The notes beneath the pieces are model-generated. The model worked only from the letters and a program-made list of their open reading frames with translations, was not told where the DNA came from and made no database searches. 64,000 nt of DNA from Opitutia bacterium (lineage in GTDB: Bacteria; Verrucomicrobiota; Verrucomicrobiia; Opitutales; Opitutaceae). The position numbers and the translations under genes are program-made. The stretch lies in assembly GCA_947478395.1 (NCBI GenBank), contig CANJVR010000007.1:1-64000 (forward strand), read 5' to 3'. Below are positions 59,438 through 64,000 of this stretch, piece by piece (the first letter of the stretch is position 1; every line of letters starts with the position of its first letter).

Positions 59438-60454
59438 TCAGGCGCCAGCGACTGGATAGCCGCAGCGCCGGTAAATCGTCTCGACTGTCTGCAAGGTCGC
59501 GATGCCTTCGCGTAATCCGGGCGTCGGTTCGCGACCCAAGCGGATGTCCGCGATGAACGTATCCGTCTCCAGACGCCACGAATCGTCGCCGCCGGGAAAT
59601 TCCCAGATCGTCGTCTCGGGCGGACCCATTTGCGGTAGCATCTTATAGTACGCGAGGCGTTCGACGCCGTAGCTTCCGCCCAAGCCATCGATGGCGAGCT
59701 TTGCGTCGCGACCGTAGATCTCGAGCGAGAAAAGATTTTTCCACTCCGTGCAGCTCACGTGCAGCCAGGCCGTTTGCCCGCCGGCGGTGCGTAAATTGAG
59801 GAACGCGTTATCGTCGACTTTCATGTCCCAGAAGTAAGTCGCTGCGTGGCCTTCGACGCTCGTGAAGTCGCCGAGAAACCAACCGGCGAGATCGATCACG
59901 TGCACGCCCTGGTCGATCAGTTCCCCGCCCCCGGAAAGTTTTGGATCGGCGCGCCATTCGCGATCGTAGCCTTTGCGTCCGCCGTGACCGTAGCGGGCGC
60001 GGAGAAACATCAACGGCCCGAGCGCACCGCTGTCGAATAAAGCGCGGGCTTTTTGGAACGCGGGATGAAACCGGTGATTATAGCCGATGCGGACGCGTGC
60101 GCCGGTCTTCGCGGCTGCGGCTTGGATTTCTTCGAGTTGGGCGGCACCGAGTGCGCCGGGTTTTTCGACGAGCACGTGTTTGCCGGCGCGCACGGCGTCG
60201 AGTGTGACGGGCGCAAGGGCGGAGTTGAGCGTGGCGACGATGACGGCGTCGATCGACGGGTCGGCCAGCGCGATCTTGTAGTCTGTGATCGCCTGGGTGC
60301 CAGGGACCAATTTGGCCGCGTCGGCCGCGCGGGCTGCGTCGAGGTCGCACGCGTAGACGAGTTGGGCCGACTTGAGCGCGCCGGCGCGTTTTTTCCCAAT
60401 CAATCCGCAACCGATGATGGCGAAGCGGAGAGGGGTTTGAGACTTGTCACCCAT
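59438..60454 (-). CDS. Gfo/Idh/MocA oxidoreductase
   Basis: AIIGCGLIG, HVLVEKP, GYNHRF, GGGELIDQGVH. Confidence 0.92.
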   Translation of the reverse strand: MGDKSQTPLRFAIIGCGLIGKKRAGALKSAQLVYACDLDAARAADAAKLVPGTQAITDYKIALADPSIDAVIVATLNSALAPVTLDAVRAGKHVLVEKPGALGAAQLEEIQAAAAKTGARVRIGYNHRFHPAFQKARALFDSGALGPLMFLRARYGHGGRKGYDREWRADPKLSGGGELIDQGVHVIDLAGWFLGDFTSVEGHAATYFWDMKVDDNAFLNLRTAGGQTAWLHVSCTEWKNLFSLEIYGRDAKLAIDGLGGSYGVERLAYYKMLPQMGPPETTIWEFPGGDDSWRLETDTFIADIRLGREPTPGLREGIATLQTVETIYRRCGYPVAGA

Positions 60455-60480
60455 AAAGGGCGAGCCTCTGCTAACGCCCA

Positions 60481-60882
60481 ATGTTCAAGCAAGAGTTAAT
60501 CCTTCGGCTGCTCCGCTTCGGTCTGGCGGGCGGCGGAGTGACGCTGGTTTTCATGGGGCTCAACTGGGCGTTTGCGCCGCGACTCGGCCCGGACCTCGCT
60601 TACCTGGCGGCTTACCCGCTGGCGGTTGCGCTGCATTTTTGCCTGAACAAATGGTGGACGTTTGGCGATCAGGGCTCCGTCAAAACGCGGCAGATCTCAG
60701 AATATCTGGCGATGATGCTGGTGGCGTTTCTCATTCAGACCGCGGTGTTCAAAGCGCTGATTCATTTCACGCCGATGGCGCCGTGGATCGCGTCGGGCGT
60801 GGCAACCGTCGCGCAAATGGCGCTTTCGTTTTTATTCATGCAGCGCCGCGTGTTCGCGCCGGCGCGGCCGGCGGCGCAGTGA
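60481..60882 (+). CDS. GtrA-family protein (putative lipid-linked sugar flippase)
   Basis: LLRFGLAG, four TM helices, FCLNKWWTF, QRRVF. Confidence 0.88.
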   Translation: MFKQELILRLLRFGLAGGGVTLVFMGLNWAFAPRLGPDLAYLAAYPLAVALHFCLNKWWTFGDQGSVKTRQISEYLAMMLVAFLIQTAVFKALIHFTPMAPWIASGVATVAQMALSFLFMQRRVFAPARPAAQ

Positions 60883-60889
60883 GTTTTTG

Positions 60890-60963
60890 GTACAGGCGGG
60901 GTGCCCTCACCCTGCAAATGCTCTTCGGCCGCGCTCCCCGCGGAGTGAGCGCACCCCGCCCAC
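60890..60963. repeat. Degenerate REP doublet
   Basis: GGCGGGGTGCCCTCAC...GTGAGCGCACCCCGCC inverted pair. Confidence 0.65.
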
Positions 60964-61048
60964 AATTTTCTTCTACGGCCTGTCGCCGCGTAATCGCTTG
61001 CCTCGGCTGGAGCTTTTCCTTCCTCGTAACCATTTTCCTCCCGCAAAC

Positions 61049-62056
61049 ATGAAAGGCATCTGCATCGTCGGCTACGGCTATTGGGGCCCCAAGCTTGTGC
61101 GCAATTTCCTCGCCGTCGCGGCCGGGCGCGCCGTCGCCGTGTGCGACGAGAGTGCGGAGCGACTGCAACGCGCGCAGAAAGATTTTCCGGGATTGAAAAC
61201 CTTTGCGTCGTTCGACGCCGTTCTGGCCGACGCCGCTTTCGACGCCGTAGCCTTGGCCACGCCCGTCTCGACGCACTATCCCCTCGCGAAACGCGCCCTT
61301 GAGGCCGGTCGCCACGTGCTGGTGGAAAAACCCATGACCGACTCGCTCGCCACCGCGCGCGAACTCATCGCACTCGCCGCCCGTGAGCGCCGCGTTCTGA
61401 TGGTCGATCACACGTTTGTCTACCATCCGGCCGTCCGGAAAATCAAAGCGCTCGTCGCAGCCGGCGACCTCGGTCAGTTGCGTTACATCGACTCGACCCG
61501 GATCAATCTCGGGCTTTTTCAACACGACGTGAACGTGCTCTGGGATTTGGCGGTGCATGATCTTTCGATCGTCAATTTTCTTACGCCCGAGCGCCCGCTC
61601 GCGGTGAGTGCCGTCGCCACCGCGCACACGCCCGGCGCGCCGGAAAACATCGGGTTCATCGTTCTGCGCTACGCTTCCGGCCTCGTCGTGCATCTCAACT
61701 GTTCTTGGGTCTCGCCGGTAAAAATTCGTCACATCCTCATCGGTGGTGACAAAAAGATGGTTCTCTATAACGACCTCGACGCGAACGAGCCGCTCAAGGT
61801 TTACGACTCCGGCTACCAGGCGCGCACCGATGAGGAACGCAATCGTCTGCTGTTCGACTACCGCGTGGGCGATGTTTATTCGCCGAAGATTCCCGCGGGT
61901 GAAGCGCTCGCGGCGCTGGCGGCGGACTTTGTGCGTGCGACGACCGATGGCGTGGCGCCGATCTCCGACGGCCGTTTCGGCGCGGATGTCGTCGCCATCC
62001 TCGAAGCGGCGCAACGCTCGGTCCGCCAGCGCGGGCAGGAGGTTTTACTCGGATGA
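61049..62056 (+). CDS. Gfo/Idh/MocA oxidoreductase (sugar-nucleotide dehydrogenase-like)
   Basis: IVGYGYWG, HVLVEKPM, NVLWDLAVHD. Confidence 0.92.
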   Translation: MKGICIVGYGYWGPKLVRNFLAVAAGRAVAVCDESAERLQRAQKDFPGLKTFASFDAVLADAAFDAVALATPVSTHYPLAKRALEAGRHVLVEKPMTDSLATARELIALAARERRVLMVDHTFVYHPAVRKIKALVAAGDLGQLRYIDSTRINLGLFQHDVNVLWDLAVHDLSIVNFLTPERPLAVSAVATAHTPGAPENIGFIVLRYASGLVVHLNCSWVSPVKIRHILIGGDKKMVLYNDLDANEPLKVYDSGYQARTDEERNRLLFDYRVGDVYSPKIPAGEALAALAADFVRATTDGVAPISDGRFGADVVAILEAAQRSVRQRGQEVLLG

Positions 62057-63156
62057 AAGTTCCCTATTTTGATTTGCCCGCCCAAATCCGCTCGGTCCGG
62101 CCTGAGCTCGACGCAGCGATCGCGCGGACTTTGGACAACTGCTCATTTTGCCTCGGGCCGGATGTGGCCGCTTTCGAGCGCGACTTCGCGGCGTTCTGCG
62201 GCGCGCCGCACGCGGTGGGTTTCAATAGCGGCACCTCGGCGCTGCATGTCGCGCTTCTGTTGCTCGGCGTGGGGCCGGGCGACGAAGTGATCACGACGCC
62301 ATTCACGTTTGTCGCAACCAGCTGGGCGATTTCCTACGTCGGGGCACGGCCGGTCTACGTCGATATCGACGACGCGACCTGCAATCTCGATCCCGCTTTG
62401 GTCGAGCGGGCGATCACGCCGCGCACGAAGGCGATCATGCCGGTGCACCTTTACGGACAGCCCTGCGATCTCGATGCGATCGGCGCGATCGCGCAGAAAC
62501 ACGGTCTTCCACTCGTGGAGGACGCGGCGCAGGCGCACGGCGCGCTCTGGCGCGGCCGGCCGGTCGGCACGTTTGGCGCGATCAGCGGGTTTAGTTTTTA
62601 TCCGGGAAAAAATCTCGGCGCGTGCGGTGAAGCCGGGGCGTTGGTGACGACCGATGCGGCGCTTGCCGAGCGCGCCCGTTCGTTGCGTGAACACGGCGCC
62701 CGCGTCCGCTATTACCACGACGAGGTCGGCTACAATTATCGCATGGAGGGAATCCAGGGCGCAGTACTTGGCGTGAAATTGAAATACCTCGCCGCTTGGA
62801 CCGCCGCCCGTCGCCGCATTGCGCGACGCTACGCGGAGCTGCTGCGCGACACGCCGTTGAAACTTCAGACCGAACTGGCCGGCAGCGAGAGCGCCCGGCA
62901 CGTCTTCGTCGTGCGGCATCCGCGGCGCGATGAATTGAAGGCGCACCTCGAGAAAAACGGGGTCGGCGCGGCGCTGCACTATCCGGTGCCGCTGCATTTG
63001 CAGAAATGTTATGCGCCGCTTGGCTACAAAGCGGGTGATTTCCCTGTGGCGGAAGCGGCGGCGCGCGAGTGTCTGAGCCTGCCGATGTTCGCCGAGCTCA
63101 CGGATGACCAGCTCGCGTATGTGGCCGCACAAGTGCGGACGTTTTTCAAAACATGA
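62053..63156 (+). CDS. DegT/DnrJ/EryC1/StrS aminotransferase
   Basis: NSGTSAL, PVHLYGQ, EDAAQAHGA, SFYPGKNLGA; ATGA overlap. Confidence 0.95.
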   Translation: MKVPYFDLPAQIRSVRPELDAAIARTLDNCSFCLGPDVAAFERDFAAFCGAPHAVGFNSGTSALHVALLLLGVGPGDEVITTPFTFVATSWAISYVGARPVYVDIDDATCNLDPALVERAITPRTKAIMPVHLYGQPCDLDAIGAIAQKHGLPLVEDAAQAHGALWRGRPVGTFGAISGFSFYPGKNLGACGEAGALVTTDAALAERARSLREHGARVRYYHDEVGYNYRMEGIQGAVLGVKLKYLAAWTAARRRIARRYAELLRDTPLKLQTELAGSESARHVFVVRHPRRDELKAHLEKNGVGAALHYPVPLHLQKCYAPLGYKAGDFPVAEAAARECLSLPMFAELTDDQLAYVAAQVRTFFKT

Positions 63157-64000
63157 GTACGGATGGCGGCGGAAAAGTCCTCGTGACGGGCGGTGCCGGT
63201 TTCATCGGCTCGCATCTGTGCGAACATCTCGTGGCGCTCGGTGCGCGCGTGGTGGTGCTGGATAATTTTCGCAACGGTAAGCGCGAGAATCTCGCGTTTC
63301 CGGGTGCGGAGACGCTGGAGATTATCGACGGCGATATCGTGGATCCGACGACGTGCCGGCGGGCGATGCAGGGGGTCGAGGTGGTTTATCACCTCGCCTG
63401 TCTCGGGGTGCGGCACTCGCTCCACAGCCCAGTCGAGAATCATCAGGTGAACGCGCTCGGTTCGCTGAACGTACTCGAAGCGGCGCGGGCGGAAAAAGTG
63501 CGGCGGTTCGTTTACGTTTCCACCTCGGAGATTTACGGTCGGGCGCGGGAGTTTCCGATCACAGAGAATTGCACGCCTTGGCCGCTGACGGTTTACGGCA
63601 GCAGCAAACTCGCGGGCGAGCACTACGCGCGCTCGTATTTTGAATGCTGGCAGTTGCCGGTCGTGTGCGTGCGGCCTTTCAATAACTACGGTCCCCGTTC
63701 GCACTTCGAGGGTGATTCGGGCGAAGTAATTCCACGCTTTTTACTGCGCGCGCTGGCCGGACAGCCACCGGTGGTGTTCGGCGACGGCAGCCACACGCGG
63801 GATTTTCTCTACGTGAAAGATTGCGCCGAGACGCTCGTGAAGATCGCGGGCTGCGCGGCGCTGGTCGGCGACGTGGTGAATCTCGGTTTCGGCGAGGAAC
63901 TGCGGATCGACGTACTCGCGCGGACGGTGTTGGAAGCCGTCGGCCGACCGGATTTGAAAACTGTGTTTGAGGCGCCGCGGCCGGCGGACGTGCCCAAGCT
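63153..64000 (+). CDS. NAD-dependent epimerase/dehydratase (runs off the window edge; absent from the ORF track)
   Basis: Manual translation [22 protein letters not shown]..., STSEIYG, YGSSK, RPFNNYGP. Confidence 0.92.
   Translation, partial: MSTDGGGKVLVTGGAGFIGSHLCEHLVALGARVVVLDNFRNGKRENLAFPGAETLEIIDGDIVDPTTCRRAMQGVEVVYHLACLGVRHSLHSPVENHQVNALGSLNVLEAARAEKVRRFVYVSTSEIYGRAREFPITENCTPWPLTVYGSSKLAGEHYARSYFECWQLPVVCVRPFNNYGPRSHFEGDSGEVIPRFLLRALAGQPPVVFGDGSHTRDFLYVKDCAETLVKIAGCAALVGDVVNLGFGEELRIDVLARTVLEAVGRPDLKTVFEAPRPADVPK

Overview
High-GC bacterial chromosomal window. The TonB receptor types, the repeated 'NLSTRG...GAFAL...SKDAA' domain and the integrase type suggest Opitutaceae/Verrucomicrobiota (inference). 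The left edge is the tip of a probable tRNA-Asn-targeted island (IS3-family end plus a 3' tRNA-Asn fragment). Next come a DUF1800/DUF1501/pseudopilin-like operon and a TonB receptor. At 9.7-12.1 kb is a mosaic of a 190-bp inverted-repeat-bounded unit (two near-identical copies, one rearranged copy, tandem end stutters) enclosing truncated foreign genes. Housekeeping and periplasmic genes follow (aminotransferase, DUF1080, aspS, gpmI, alkaline phosphatase). From about 24 kb to the end is a large surface-glycosylation region: rmlA/rmlB/rmlD-like genes whose intergenic gaps carry a ~22-nt inverted repeat that also brackets a GxxExxY pseudogene, GT2 enzymes, GtrA, YfhO and other GT-C-like membrane proteins, a GDP-heptose pathway, SDR epimerases and methyltransferases, with visible recombination scars and gene decay. 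No CRISPR, rRNA or intact tRNA was found. All product calls come from motif recognition by eye; no database searches were run.
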